64,000 nucleotides of DNA from Candidatus Yanofskybacteria bacterium (GTDB lineage: Bacteria > Patescibacteriota > Minisyncoccia > 2-02-FULL-40-12 > IGHO2-12-FULL-4): positions 75,616 to 139,615 of the forward strand of contig JACPNK010000002.1 in the NCBI GenBank assembly GCA_016185525.1. The letters run 5' to 3'. The position numbers and the translations under genes were made by a program. Below, one piece after another: positions 54,128 to 63,462 of the stretch (position 1 is the first letter of the stretch; each line of letters opens with the position of its first letter). The notes below the pieces were generated by a model. The model worked only from the letters and a program-made list of their open reading frames with translations, searched no databases and had not been told where the DNA came from.

Positions 54128-55159
54128 TTAAACTTTGAGACCGCCGCCTTTTTTATCTTTCTTCGGCTCTTTATCTTTAGCTTTCGTAACGAACGATGTT
54201 ACAGTATCGCCTTTTTTGTCTTTATTTATTCCGTAAAGTTTAACAAAAGCATTTTGGGAAATCTCTAAGTACTCTTTGCCGACGCCTTTCTTTTTGAGGT
54301 TCTCAACCGCTTCTTGAGGGCTGACCTTGCCTTCGCAAACACCGACGATTGTCCCGATGAGTTCGCAGATCTGGCTTGTTTTTTCCATACCCATTACAAA
54401 CTCTTCACCGAGTAGTCCTCTCCACGTGCTCCAGATTTCCGGATCGCGACCATTATTGGTTTCGCGAGGAATGATGTAGATAACGACATATTTTTTATTT
54501 GCTTCCTCAATGATTTTTTTCAACGGAATATTTTCATCCGGTCCGAAACCGCCCATTAAATCTTTGATTTCCGAAGCCCGGACATTATTGTAAGGCAGTT
54601 CATCGCCGAACATAATAAAGTAGCCTTTTTTACCGCGCTTTTCAAAACAATCGATTTGAGTGTGCCGCGCCATATAATAAAGCGCGTTTTGATATGACTC
54701 AGTGTTTTGTCCGCCGCCGCCGCCTTCCAGGTAAACTCTCTGGAAGAAATTCATCAGTTCTTGAGCGCCGGATTCAAATTGTCCGACTTGGAACGGAACC
54801 CGATCACAAGTTGAATCGCCGACAGCGCTGAACATGACGGCAACATCGGGCAAGTAATTTTTCTCAAGAAGATAGCCCATAAGATCTTTCAGATTGGGTT
54901 CCAATTCCTTGGGGACATTTAACAGCGATCCGGTAACATCAAACCAAAGAGCTAAAGCGTTGGATTGGGGATGGGCATCGCTATCGCGAGACTCCCTGTT
55001 CCGTCGAAATTCTTCTGCGATTGAAAGTTTTTCGTGGCATACTGCGCTAGTACGTCCTTGTCGTATGTCTGCGGTTCTGGCAAAAGTGTCTTTTCCACTG
55101 TCTTTAATAGTTTTTTTTGTCTTCAATAAATCTTCATCGCTATAAGTTCTATAGCCCAT
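54128..55159 (-). CDS. vWA domain protein, paralog 1, C-terminus KKGGGLKV
   Basis: WFDVTGSLL, AVGDSTCDR, EGGGGGQNTESY; K/E-rich tail. Confidence 0.6.
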   Translation of the reverse strand: MGYRTYSDEDLLKTKKTIKDSGKDTFARTADIRQGRTSAVCHEKLSIAEEFRRNRESRDSDAHPQSNALALWFDVTGSLLNVPKELEPNLKDLMGYLLEKNYLPDVAVMFSAVGDSTCDRVPFQVGQFESGAQELMNFFQRVYLEGGGGGQNTESYQNALYYMARHTQIDCFEKRGKKGYFIMFGDELPYNNVRASEIKDLMGGFGPDENIPLKKIIEEANKKYVVIYIIPRETNNGRDPEIWSTWRGLLGEEFVMGMEKTSQICELIGTIVGVCEGKVSPQEAVENLKKKGVGKEYLEISQNAFVKLYGINKDKKGDTVTSFVTKAKDKEPKKDKKGGGLKV

Positions 55160-55182
55160 GTCTCCTCCTTATTTTAAAAGGT

Positions 55183-55241
55183 CAGTATCGCGAATTACGA
55201 TACTGACCCAAGATACAGCTATATTAAAATTTTGTCAAATG
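55183..55241 (-). promoter_or_regulatory. promoter TTGACA-N17-TATCTT followed immediately by 5'-terminal hairpin GGTCAGTATCG-N7-CGATACTGACC and UUUU before SD
   Basis: Perfect 11-bp stem at 55183-55211 located between -10 and AAGGAGGAGAC-ATG of vWA-1. Confidence 0.5.
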
Positions 55242-55308
55242 GCATTGCCAAGTCATAATATCTATGGTATTGTTTTGGCAATCTTTGACAATTGAATAGA
55301 GGCGCCGA

Positions 55309-57267
55309 ATGTTTACAAGAATGCCGCCACCGATGGATTTACTTCTTTTAAGCGGTTCTGTTTTAGACTCGCCTTGGCCTAAAAGAATCAGAGATAATCT
55401 AGGCATAATACAAAAAGCTGAAATGAGAAGAAAACTATATACCGATTTTCAGGGAATTTTTAAAAGGATTCCGGAAGTAAAAATGGATATTAGTGAAGCC
55501 ATTGGTTCTGGCTTGATAGACCAAACCAATGTTGCCAGAATCTATGACAATTTAACAGAATTTCTTTTAAGCGACATTGATCACGCACGATTAATTCTGT
55601 ATTTGCCTTTTGAACTTTTACCAAACAGAAAATTGAGTATTTTTTGTTCCGGTCCGTTAAGTTTGGCATCTGATAAATTTATTGAGGCGTATATTCTAAG
55701 TTGGAGAGAACTGCTCAACGAAAGTGACTTTCGGGCTGATTATGTTGACGGGGATATATTAGAATACGAGTTGGATGAAGTTGTATTGCCTCATGTGAGA
55801 AAGGCAGCCCATCTAATCCCGCAAATGATTAAAAAAAATCTTGTTTCAGTAGCCGATGTTCTGGAAATATTAGAAAAAACAAATGACGAGGTTTTGGTTT
55901 ATAGTATTCTTGATACTTTTCCAACACTTACTGATTTGGGTTTAGTTTCTGAAACCGAATGGCGCAGACTTTTCAATTCTGACAATCCCATATTTGATAA
56001 AACCGTTTTGGCTCAATACCAAAATCTAAAATCAAATCCGCCGCGCTCGGAAGCGGAAATCGCAAATGCGGTATTTGGCGGGAAGATTAGTTCAGAACAA
56101 ATGAAGACTTTGACGGAAAGTTTGCGAGTTGACTTATCAAGGATTTCCCTTGATTGCATAAGGGGAGAAATTAAAACAGCGCCAAAATCTAGAATTGATT
56201 GGTTGAGAAAAGAAAGACAGTCCAAGTGTCTTGAAGAGTACGGCATCCTTTTGGCCGAATCGTTGCTAAACAATAAAATTAAGGCAAAAGATATTACCGT
56301 TTTATTGAAGAAAGAAAACAGCGAAGAACTGCGGATTGCCTGTATTACAGCTGTGCGTATTGCGACCGAAAGATTGACCAAATGTAACAAGGAAAGGGCG
56401 GAGACTATCAAGACTTATTTTGAGCCTTATTTTCTTGCTCTATGGCAAAAAGGTTCAACAAAAATTAAGGACCAGTTATTTATCTTGTGGTCCCATTGGC
56501 TAGCAATTGATTTTATTGATTATCAGTACATTGAGGAAAAGTCGGGTCTAAAAATGCCGCAACTAGATTCCTTTGCGACAGAACAGTTTCTTATCAGTCA
56601 AGATCTAGATGAACTTGGGCCCGTGTTAGAGGATTTTTATTCTCAACCGGAAGCCGGCGCTTTATTTTATCCGGTATTCATATTTTTTGGTTCACGATTA
56701 AAAGGATATTCATTGAACTTTGATTCTGATTTGGACTTAGCCGTATTTATCAGACCCGATACCCCACAAAGCGAAGAATCAAAAATAAGATCTTTGTTGG
56801 AAAAAGTCGGCTCACATCCCAAAATAAGGGGAAGAGTTACAGAATTTTGGCTGGATAAGATCGGCGGACACTTGGAAATAAAAAGTTCGCCAATGACGGA
56901 CGCTTTAATAAAAGACGCGAGGGTGGATAATTCCTGGGCGCATTTATTGCTTTGCGGCATGTGGTGCGGCCAGCCGGAGTCAATAAGAGAATTATACGAA
57001 AAATTGCTGCCAAATTTTTTATTTTCCGCCGGTCAGAGCATTAAAGGCCACAGAGCTAAAAAAATATGGTTGAGAATGATAGAATCGGAAGTTCTCCAGT
57101 ATCGGCTGATGCATAAAGGTTATCAGCGATTTTATCCTCGCGAAGATTGGCGTATAACAGAACATTCCTGGCCAATGGATCCGCACAGCACTTTCTGGGA
57201 CCCGGGTTATAGAAGAGTTGCAAGCAAATTATTCGTGGCCAGAGTTTTCTTGCCGGAATTAAAATAA
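55309..57267 (+). CDS. large protein (652 aa) with C-terminal Pol-beta-superfamily nucleotidyltransferase motif (GlnE/GlnD-like)
   Basis: FIFFGSRLKGYSLNFDSDLDLAVFI = hG[GS]-x9-DxDLxxF NTase signature near residue 475; N-terminal 430 aa helical, unknown. Confidence 0.55.
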   Translation: MFTRMPPPMDLLLLSGSVLDSPWPKRIRDNLGIIQKAEMRRKLYTDFQGIFKRIPEVKMDISEAIGSGLIDQTNVARIYDNLTEFLLSDIDHARLILYLPFELLPNRKLSIFCSGPLSLASDKFIEAYILSWRELLNESDFRADYVDGDILEYELDEVVLPHVRKAAHLIPQMIKKNLVSVADVLEILEKTNDEVLVYSILDTFPTLTDLGLVSETEWRRLFNSDNPIFDKTVLAQYQNLKSNPPRSEAEIANAVFGGKISSEQMKTLTESLRVDLSRISLDCIRGEIKTAPKSRIDWLRKERQSKCLEEYGILLAESLLNNKIKAKDITVLLKKENSEELRIACITAVRIATERLTKCNKERAETIKTYFEPYFLALWQKGSTKIKDQLFILWSHWLAIDFIDYQYIEEKSGLKMPQLDSFATEQFLISQDLDELGPVLEDFYSQPEAGALFYPVFIFFGSRLKGYSLNFDSDLDLAVFIRPDTPQSEESKIRSLLEKVGSHPKIRGRVTEFWLDKIGGHLEIKSSPMTDALIKDARVDNSWAHLLLCGMWCGQPESIRELYEKLLPNFLFSAGQSIKGHRAKKIWLRMIESEVLQYRLMHKGYQRFYPREDWRITEHSWPMDPHSTFWDPGYRRVASKLFVARVFLPELK

Positions 57268-57268
57268 A

Positions 57269-57295
57269 AGTCCTGACAGAGGGACTTTTTTATTA
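57269..57295 (+). terminator. intrinsic terminator aagtcc-tgacagag-ggactt plus TTTTTATT
   Basis: Followed by promoter CTTGACA-N17-TATTTA. Confidence 0.5.
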
Positions 57296-57358
57296 CCAAA
57301 CTTGACATTTTTGTAATAATAATGTATTTATAAATAAAAAGAACCTTAATAATCAGGA

Positions 57359-58315
57359 GTGAAAATGCTCATAGGAACCTTGCCGACTTTGACCAGCGAT
57401 TCTTCCTTATCCTTAGCCGAGAAAATGGTTTCTCATCCGCTGATTTCCGCAGTCCGTTACAACACGGGCGGGGACAGTCCATTCAAGCCGATTGACATAC
57501 TAACACGAGTTAAACAATTAACCGATAAATACGGGAAGGTGTTATATATTGATTTAGAAGGAAGACAATTGCGCGTTGCGCATTGGACTCCGTTTGAGGC
57601 CGGAAGCATAACGCTAAACCGAGATTTCGAGATTGTACCTCCCGCCAGAGTTCACATAAGAAATGCCGGTTGGTTTAATTTGGTTGCGGCAGATTCCGCT
57701 AAAAGAAAAATATATGTTGAAAACGGCCCCAAGTTTGGTCCAGGTCAATACTATTTTGGCGAAAGCCAAAGCGTGCATATTGTCGGCGACAGCTTCAACG
57801 TTCGGGGTTATCTTGGGGGTTTAGACAGCGAATACATAAAAGCTTCAATCAAACTCGGTCTTAATCATTTCATGCTTTCTTTCGTAGAATGCGCGAATGA
57901 TATTAATGAGTTTTACAGGTTTTTTTCCGGAAGACGCGGTTTTAATCAGTTGGTAGTCTTGAAAATAGAATCCCGGGAAGGCCTTAAATTCATTCAAAAG
58001 AAAACACTAGGCTCAAATGAAAAATTAATGGCCGCCAGAGACGATTTGCTTATCAGTTTTGGCGATAATCCGACCGGAATTTTCAAAGCTCTGCAGATGA
58101 TTATTAATGCCGATTCGGATGCCATTTTGGCTTCCAGAATTATGCACGGCATTCAAGATTCCGGCGAGATTGCCATGGGTGATATTTCGGATTTGATTCT
58201 GATGTCGCAGATTGGCTATAAGAATTTTATGTTTTCTGACGGCCTAGCAAAGCATTTTGGTCAAGCCATAAAATCATGGCAGGAAATTCTGCCTCTTTTG
58301 AGAAAAGAGGGTTGA
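57359..58315 (+). CDS. PK-like/HpcH-HpaI-like TIM-barrel protein (PEP/pyruvate-utilising fold)
   Basis: VVLKIESREGL...LMAARDDL resembles pyruvate-kinase/HpcH barrel active-site strand; weak. Confidence 0.4.
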   Translation: MKMLIGTLPTLTSDSSLSLAEKMVSHPLISAVRYNTGGDSPFKPIDILTRVKQLTDKYGKVLYIDLEGRQLRVAHWTPFEAGSITLNRDFEIVPPARVHIRNAGWFNLVAADSAKRKIYVENGPKFGPGQYYFGESQSVHIVGDSFNVRGYLGGLDSEYIKASIKLGLNHFMLSFVECANDINEFYRFFSGRRGFNQLVVLKIESREGLKFIQKKTLGSNEKLMAARDDLLISFGDNPTGIFKALQMIINADSDAILASRIMHGIQDSGEIAMGDISDLILMSQIGYKNFMFSDGLAKHFGQAIKSWQEILPLLRKEG

Positions 58316-58316
58316 T

Positions 58317-59558
58317 ATGCCGAAACGGATGGCAATTATTGTCGGCGGCGGTCTTTTTGGAGACGAGGGCAAGGGCAGTACGGTAGATTATTTAGTCCGA
58401 AGATATGACGCCCATACGGTATTCCGCTACAACGGAGGTTCACAGGCGGCGCATAATGTAGTCACACCCGAAGGACTGCATCATTGTTTTGCGCAATTTG
58501 GTTCGGGTACTCTTGTGCCGGGAATTTTCACATATCTTAGTCAGTTTATGGTTATCGATCCTCTTCGGTTAGTGTCTGAATATGAAACACTTTCCAGTAA
58601 AGGAATTAAAGATGTCATTGAACGGCTGGTTATAAGCAAGAAATGTCCTGTTATAACCCCTTTTCACAAATTTGCCGGTCAAATGAGAGAGTTGGCTCGC
58701 GGAGCAAATAGATTCGGAAGCTGCGGCATGGGTGTTGGAGAAGCGATTAACGATTTCACGGAATCGCCAGGAGATAGTTTAACCATAGGAGATTTAGCAA
58801 GACCTAACGTTCTGCAAAGAAAATTAAAAAAATTGCAAATTAGCAAAATTGTAGTTGGTAAAAAACTATTGGAACCCGAAAGTAACGACAAACTTCAAAA
58901 ATGTTTTGACGAAATCCAATCTCAAAATCTTCTTGAAAGATGTATTGAATCGTATTCTGTTTTTTCTAGTTTTCCAATAAATTTTGATGACGGCACAACA
59001 CTTAAAAGAATTTTAAATCGTCCGGGAACCGTTGTCTTTGAAGGAGCGCAGGGCGCTCTGCTAGACAAAAGCCGGGGCTTTAAACCTTTTATAACCAAAT
59101 CCGATTGTTCTTTCGGAAATGCCGAAAGATTACTGGCCGGTTTTGAAGGAAAAACAATAAAACTAGCTGTTGCACGCGCATATGCGACAAGGCATGGCAG
59201 AGGTCCGTTTGTAACAGAGGATCCGAAACTTACCAAAAAATTGCCCGACACGCATAATGTGACAAATGACTGGCAGGGAAAATTTAGAGTTGGGTGGTTT
59301 GACCTAATTGCATTAAATTATGGTTTGGAAATTTTAGGAAAACCAGACGGTATTGTCTTAACAAATATTGACAGGATTGCAAATTTCGATTCAATAAAAA
59401 TCTGTGATGGCTATAGGACAAAGTCGGGAGAAATTTTCCCAAACTATCTTTACTTCAAAGAAACCGATAAACTCCTTAAATTTTTGAAAGAAAAATTATC
59501 TTTACCCATACTCATTATTTCTCATGGTTCGACATATAAGGATAAGTTAGAAACATAA
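58317..59558 (+). CDS. purA: adenylosuccinate synthetase-family protein (divergent PurA homolog)
   Basis: GDEGKG P-loop, GGSQAAHNV, FEGAQGALLD...FITKSD motifs; 413 aa; starts 2 nt after upstream gene. Confidence 0.75.
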   Translation: MPKRMAIIVGGGLFGDEGKGSTVDYLVRRYDAHTVFRYNGGSQAAHNVVTPEGLHHCFAQFGSGTLVPGIFTYLSQFMVIDPLRLVSEYETLSSKGIKDVIERLVISKKCPVITPFHKFAGQMRELARGANRFGSCGMGVGEAINDFTESPGDSLTIGDLARPNVLQRKLKKLQISKIVVGKKLLEPESNDKLQKCFDEIQSQNLLERCIESYSVFSSFPINFDDGTTLKRILNRPGTVVFEGAQGALLDKSRGFKPFITKSDCSFGNAERLLAGFEGKTIKLAVARAYATRHGRGPFVTEDPKLTKKLPDTHNVTNDWQGKFRVGWFDLIALNYGLEILGKPDGIVLTNIDRIANFDSIKICDGYRTKSGEIFPNYLYFKETDKLLKFLKEKLSLPILIISHGSTYKDKLET

Positions 59559-59565
59559 AAAAAAT

Positions 59566-59596
59566 CCGCGAGCTTGTGCTCGCGGTTATTTATTTT
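59566..59596. terminator. bidirectional terminator ccgcgagc-ttgt-gctcgcgg flanked by A-run and T-run
   Basis: Convergent genes on both sides. Confidence 0.6.
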
Positions 59597-59600
59597 GCCG

Positions 59601-59885
59601 TTAGACTATCGTCAGCGCAATATCTATGGCGTCCGGACCCAGTTGTTCGTGGACATAACAGCAGGCGTTAAATCCACCAAAGGGCTGTTGGTAAATTTCA
59701 ATCAAATCCGGGTCAATTTTTATTCCTTCTTGCTCCAGAATTTCCAGAGCTCTGGCTTTCATTACAAAACCAAGAAATTTATCCGGCAAAACAAGAATTT
59801 TTCTGTCCGGAAAATTTTTAACGGCGTAAGCGATTATTTTGTCAGTATTTCTGGAGGTGGAAATAAAATCACTCACCGCTTTCAA
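59601..59885 (-). CDS. hypothetical protein; open frame extends to ~60019 without canonical start
   Basis: Table ORF begins at TTG; in-frame upstream 45 codons (RKLNPDFPKRFKLATLVSGTDHSW...) lack ATG/GTG. Confidence 0.3.
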   Translation of the reverse strand: MKAVSDFISTSRNTDKIIAYAVKNFPDRKILVLPDKFLGFVMKARALEILEQEGIKIDPDLIEIYQQPFGGFNACCYVHEQLGPDAIDIALTIV

Positions 59886-60054
59886 GCGGACATCGCTGTT
59901 AATGTAAGTTACCAGCAGACCGTCCGGGTTTTGTTTTTTCCAATTTTCAACCCAAGAGTGGTCTGTGCCGGAAACTAATGTAGCAAGTTTAAATCTTTTT
60001 GGGAAGTCCGGGTTAAGTTTTCTTTAAGTTAAATTTTTGTTAAAGTAGTTTTTA

Positions 60055-62169
60055 ATGGCAACCGCGGAATTTCTAAAAAAAGTTTGGGATTTTATCCGGA
60101 AAAATTACCCCTCAATTATCGTATTCGGGGGTATTTATTTTATCTTTTTTTACTTTTTCAGGCCGGCTTTGCTTTTTTCTACGGCAACACCAACGGGAGG
60201 CGATATGGGCTCGCACTTTTATACCGCTTCTTACGCCAGCGAATTTTTATTGAAGAGTCCCTCTGTTTTTAACTGGGACTTTGGCTGGTTTGCCGGTTAT
60301 CCGCCTTTTATATTCTATTTTCCGCTGGCCTTTTTTGCCATGGGTCTTTTGGATTTTTTTATGCCTCTTCAGGTTGCTTTCAAACTTGTCGCTATTTCCG
60401 GCACATTTCTGCTTCCGGCGGCGGTTTACTATTTAGTCAGGTCTTTCAGATTGAGAAGCCCCTATCCGCAGTTAGGCGCTCTTTTGTCTCTGCTTTTTTT
60501 ATTTAACAACAATGTGGGAAGCAGCGCCCAAATCTGGGGCGGCACAATAATGAGCATGCTGGCCGGGGAATTTTCTCACAGTTTAAGCATTGCGTTAGGC
60601 ATATTTTTTCTCGGCGCTTTTTACCGCTCGCTGAACGCAAATAAAAAAGTTATCTTGCCGGCCGTACTTTTGTCTCTAACTCTTTTGGCCCACGCGCTTA
60701 CTTTTACTTGGGTTGCGGTAGTTTCGCTTGGCTTGATATTGCCCAATTTTTCTAAAGAAAAGTTGTGGTATTGCATAAAAGTGATGGCGCTTGCGGCGCT
60801 GATTGATTCTTTTTGGCTGATACCGACTCTGGTTTACAAACCGTATTTTCTTAATCTGGCCAACAACTGGCCGGCAAATTTTAAAGACATACTTCCCGCA
60901 AGTTTGATTTTCTGGCCGGCTTTTATGCTGCCGGCTCTGATCTTGCGCAAAAAGAAACTTCTGAATTTCGCCGTTTTTATCGGAATCGGCATCGGAGCTT
61001 CGCTTGTTTTGTCTCTTTTTGCTCTCAAGATGGGAATTTATGCCGTCAGATACTACCCCTACTTTCAGTTAACTTTTGTAATCAGCGGTATTTTTGCCGC
61101 CGCAGTCATACGCAAAAAAGCTGCCGTAATTTTTTCGTTTATCTTTTTACTGGGCATTTCTTACTTCATATTGACCCAGCGCCAGGAACCGGTCATTGGC
61201 TGGCTGAAATGGAACTTTGAAGGAACAGAGGCCAAATTAAATTTTCAAAACTTAAAAATGGCAAATGAATTTCTTAGAGGCACAATAGCAGATCCGAGAG
61301 TGATTACAGAGTTTAATCAGGAAAACAACGACACGGGCACAGTCAGAAACAACGAGTTGGTGCCCTTGCTTTCCGGACGCCAGACGCTTGAAGGAGTTTA
61401 CTTGTTTTCCAGCATAACCAACCCGTTCATTTTTAAAATCCAGTCGGAAATTTCAGTCAACAAAAGCTGTCAGACGGATGTTATCGGTCTGCCCTGCGGC
61501 GATGTGGACTATGACCTCGGCGCAGAGCATCTTAAAATGTTCAATGTCAGCCATCTGATTGTCCGCAGTCAGAAAATAAAAGAAATACTTCAAACAAGAA
61601 GTGACTTTGTGAAATTAGCCGATTTTCCTCCTTTTGAGGTCTGGCAGTTCCTTTCAAACAGCAATAGTTATGTTTCCGTTCCAAAATTTCAGCCGGCTGC
61701 TTACGTCGGAAGCGGGGATTGGAAAAAAGTCTCTTTTGACTGGTTTAATAAAAAAGAACAACTGGATACACCGTTAATTTTTAACGCCTCTAAAAAAGAC
61801 TTAAAATCCGGCATCATAACGACATCACTTGCTGATTTAAATGGCGGATTGCAGAAAATAGAAACGGCAAAGAACTGCCAAGTAACGGAAAAAATTAGCC
61901 ACAACAAGATACAATTTAAAACTAACTGCATTGGTTCGCCTCATTTAATCAAAATTTCTTATTTCCCCGCTTGGGGGGTAAAAGGCGCTTCAAAAGTTTT
62001 CTTTGCCAGCCCATCTTTTATGCTGGTCTATCCGGAAAAAGAAGAAGTGGAATTAAAATTCGGAAGCGGGGGAGTCGCAAAATTGCTAAATCAACTCCCG
62101 TTAATTTCTCTGCTGACGCTCTTCGGAATATTTTTCTATAAACATAAAAAAGGTAAACCAGTTGTATAA
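60055..62169 (+). CDS. large polytopic membrane protein, probable GT-C-type (YfhO-like) glycosyltransferase
   Basis: ~12 N-terminal TM helices, ~300-aa extracytoplasmic domain, C-terminal TM; 704 aa. Confidence 0.45.
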   Translation: MATAEFLKKVWDFIRKNYPSIIVFGGIYFIFFYFFRPALLFSTATPTGGDMGSHFYTASYASEFLLKSPSVFNWDFGWFAGYPPFIFYFPLAFFAMGLLDFFMPLQVAFKLVAISGTFLLPAAVYYLVRSFRLRSPYPQLGALLSLLFLFNNNVGSSAQIWGGTIMSMLAGEFSHSLSIALGIFFLGAFYRSLNANKKVILPAVLLSLTLLAHALTFTWVAVVSLGLILPNFSKEKLWYCIKVMALAALIDSFWLIPTLVYKPYFLNLANNWPANFKDILPASLIFWPAFMLPALILRKKKLLNFAVFIGIGIGASLVLSLFALKMGIYAVRYYPYFQLTFVISGIFAAAVIRKKAAVIFSFIFLLGISYFILTQRQEPVIGWLKWNFEGTEAKLNFQNLKMANEFLRGTIADPRVITEFNQENNDTGTVRNNELVPLLSGRQTLEGVYLFSSITNPFIFKIQSEISVNKSCQTDVIGLPCGDVDYDLGAEHLKMFNVSHLIVRSQKIKEILQTRSDFVKLADFPPFEVWQFLSNSNSYVSVPKFQPAAYVGSGDWKKVSFDWFNKKEQLDTPLIFNASKKDLKSGIITTSLADLNGGLQKIETAKNCQVTEKISHNKIQFKTNCIGSPHLIKISYFPAWGVKGASKVFFASPSFMLVYPEKEEVELKFGSGGVAKLLNQLPLISLLTLFGIFFYKHKKGKPVV

Positions 62170-62249
62170 CGGGGGCTTACTCTATAACTTGACACTTAAG
62201 CAAAATTAGAGCTAGGATTAAACAGCAACTTGACAATCAGAGGAGAATA

Positions 62250-63365
62250 ATGAAAACAATCTTAAAAGTCGGCGTAATCGGCGGCGGGGCAATGGGTCAA
62301 GGAATCGCCAGCCTTGTGGCGCAATCGGGGATTCCGGTGGTTATAAAGGAAATCAACGAAGAACTTGCCCGAAAAGCGCTGGATAATATTTTCTCCAAAA
62401 TTGATAAAGCGGCCGAACAAGGCAAGATTATGTCTGACAAAGCAGAAATGGCTAAGTCTTTAATTTCCGCTTCTTCGGATGAGATATTTTTGACCAACGT
62501 TGATTTGGTTATTGAAGCGGTATTTGAAGACATGGAAGTCAAAAAGAAAGTTTTTCACTCACTGGATTTTGTTGTTCCAAAGCGGGCAATTTTTGCGACA
62601 AACTCTTCTTCTCTTTCTATTACCGAAATGGCTCTGGCAACTGAAAGGCCGAAACAGGTTGTCGGCATGCACTTTTTCAACCCGGCAATTACCATGCCTT
62701 TAGTTGAAATTATTTCCGGCAAAGAAACCGACGTAGAAACAGCAGAAACAGTTGAGCAGTTTGCGAGAGATCTGGGTAAAACCACGATCAGAGTTAAAGA
62801 GTGTCCGGGATTTCTGGTAAACCGTTTGCTGATGCCCTACCTCAACGAAGCTGTTCTTCTTCTTTCCGAGACAACTTTAAAACCCGAAGAAATAGACAGA
62901 CGGGCGGTTGAGTTTGGCTGGCCGATGGGGCCGTTTATGCTCCTTGATTATCTGGGGATAGATATTGCCGTTCATGTGGCAAGAATATTGTTTCAAGGTT
63001 TTGGCGAACGCGCCAAACCGGCGCCGCTTATGGAAATTTTGGCAAACGAGAAACGCTACGGCATAAAAACCGGCGCCGGTTTTTATATATACCGGCCGGA
63101 TGCCGGTTTTGAGGATATCATGAAAGTAGTTGAAAAGAATTTTCCTCAAAGACAGCTCCTTGGTCCGGAAGAAGGATTTATGAGAATGATGCGCGGCATG
63201 GCAAGCGAAGCCCTCTTGTGTCTTGAAGAGGGAATTTCTACGGCTGAAGATATTGAAACCGGCTGTCGTTTGGGAATAGGTTTTCCCTTCACCAAGCTTG
63301 GGCCTCTGCATTGGGCAGAGAAAGAAATGGGTAAAAAAATCTTTACCGAAGAAGAAAAATGGTGA
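62250..63365 (+). CDS. 3-hydroxyacyl-CoA (3-hydroxybutyryl-CoA) dehydrogenase
   Basis: KVGVIGGGAMGQGIA NAD-binding; VGMHFFNPA, ISGKET..., CPGFLVNRLL. Confidence 0.9.
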   Translation: MKTILKVGVIGGGAMGQGIASLVAQSGIPVVIKEINEELARKALDNIFSKIDKAAEQGKIMSDKAEMAKSLISASSDEIFLTNVDLVIEAVFEDMEVKKKVFHSLDFVVPKRAIFATNSSSLSITEMALATERPKQVVGMHFFNPAITMPLVEIISGKETDVETAETVEQFARDLGKTTIRVKECPGFLVNRLLMPYLNEAVLLLSETTLKPEEIDRRAVEFGWPMGPFMLLDYLGIDIAVHVARILFQGFGERAKPAPLMEILANEKRYGIKTGAGFYIYRPDAGFEDIMKVVEKNFPQRQLLGPEEGFMRMMRGMASEALLCLEEGISTAEDIETGCRLGIGFPFTKLGPLHWAEKEMGKKIFTEEEKW

Positions 63366-63462
63366 AAAACTTCCGTAGCTAACGCTGCGGATTTTTGTTG
63401 ACAAAAAAGCTAATCGCTGTATGCTATTACCGGCTTTTTGAAAATCAAGTGAGGAAAAAATA

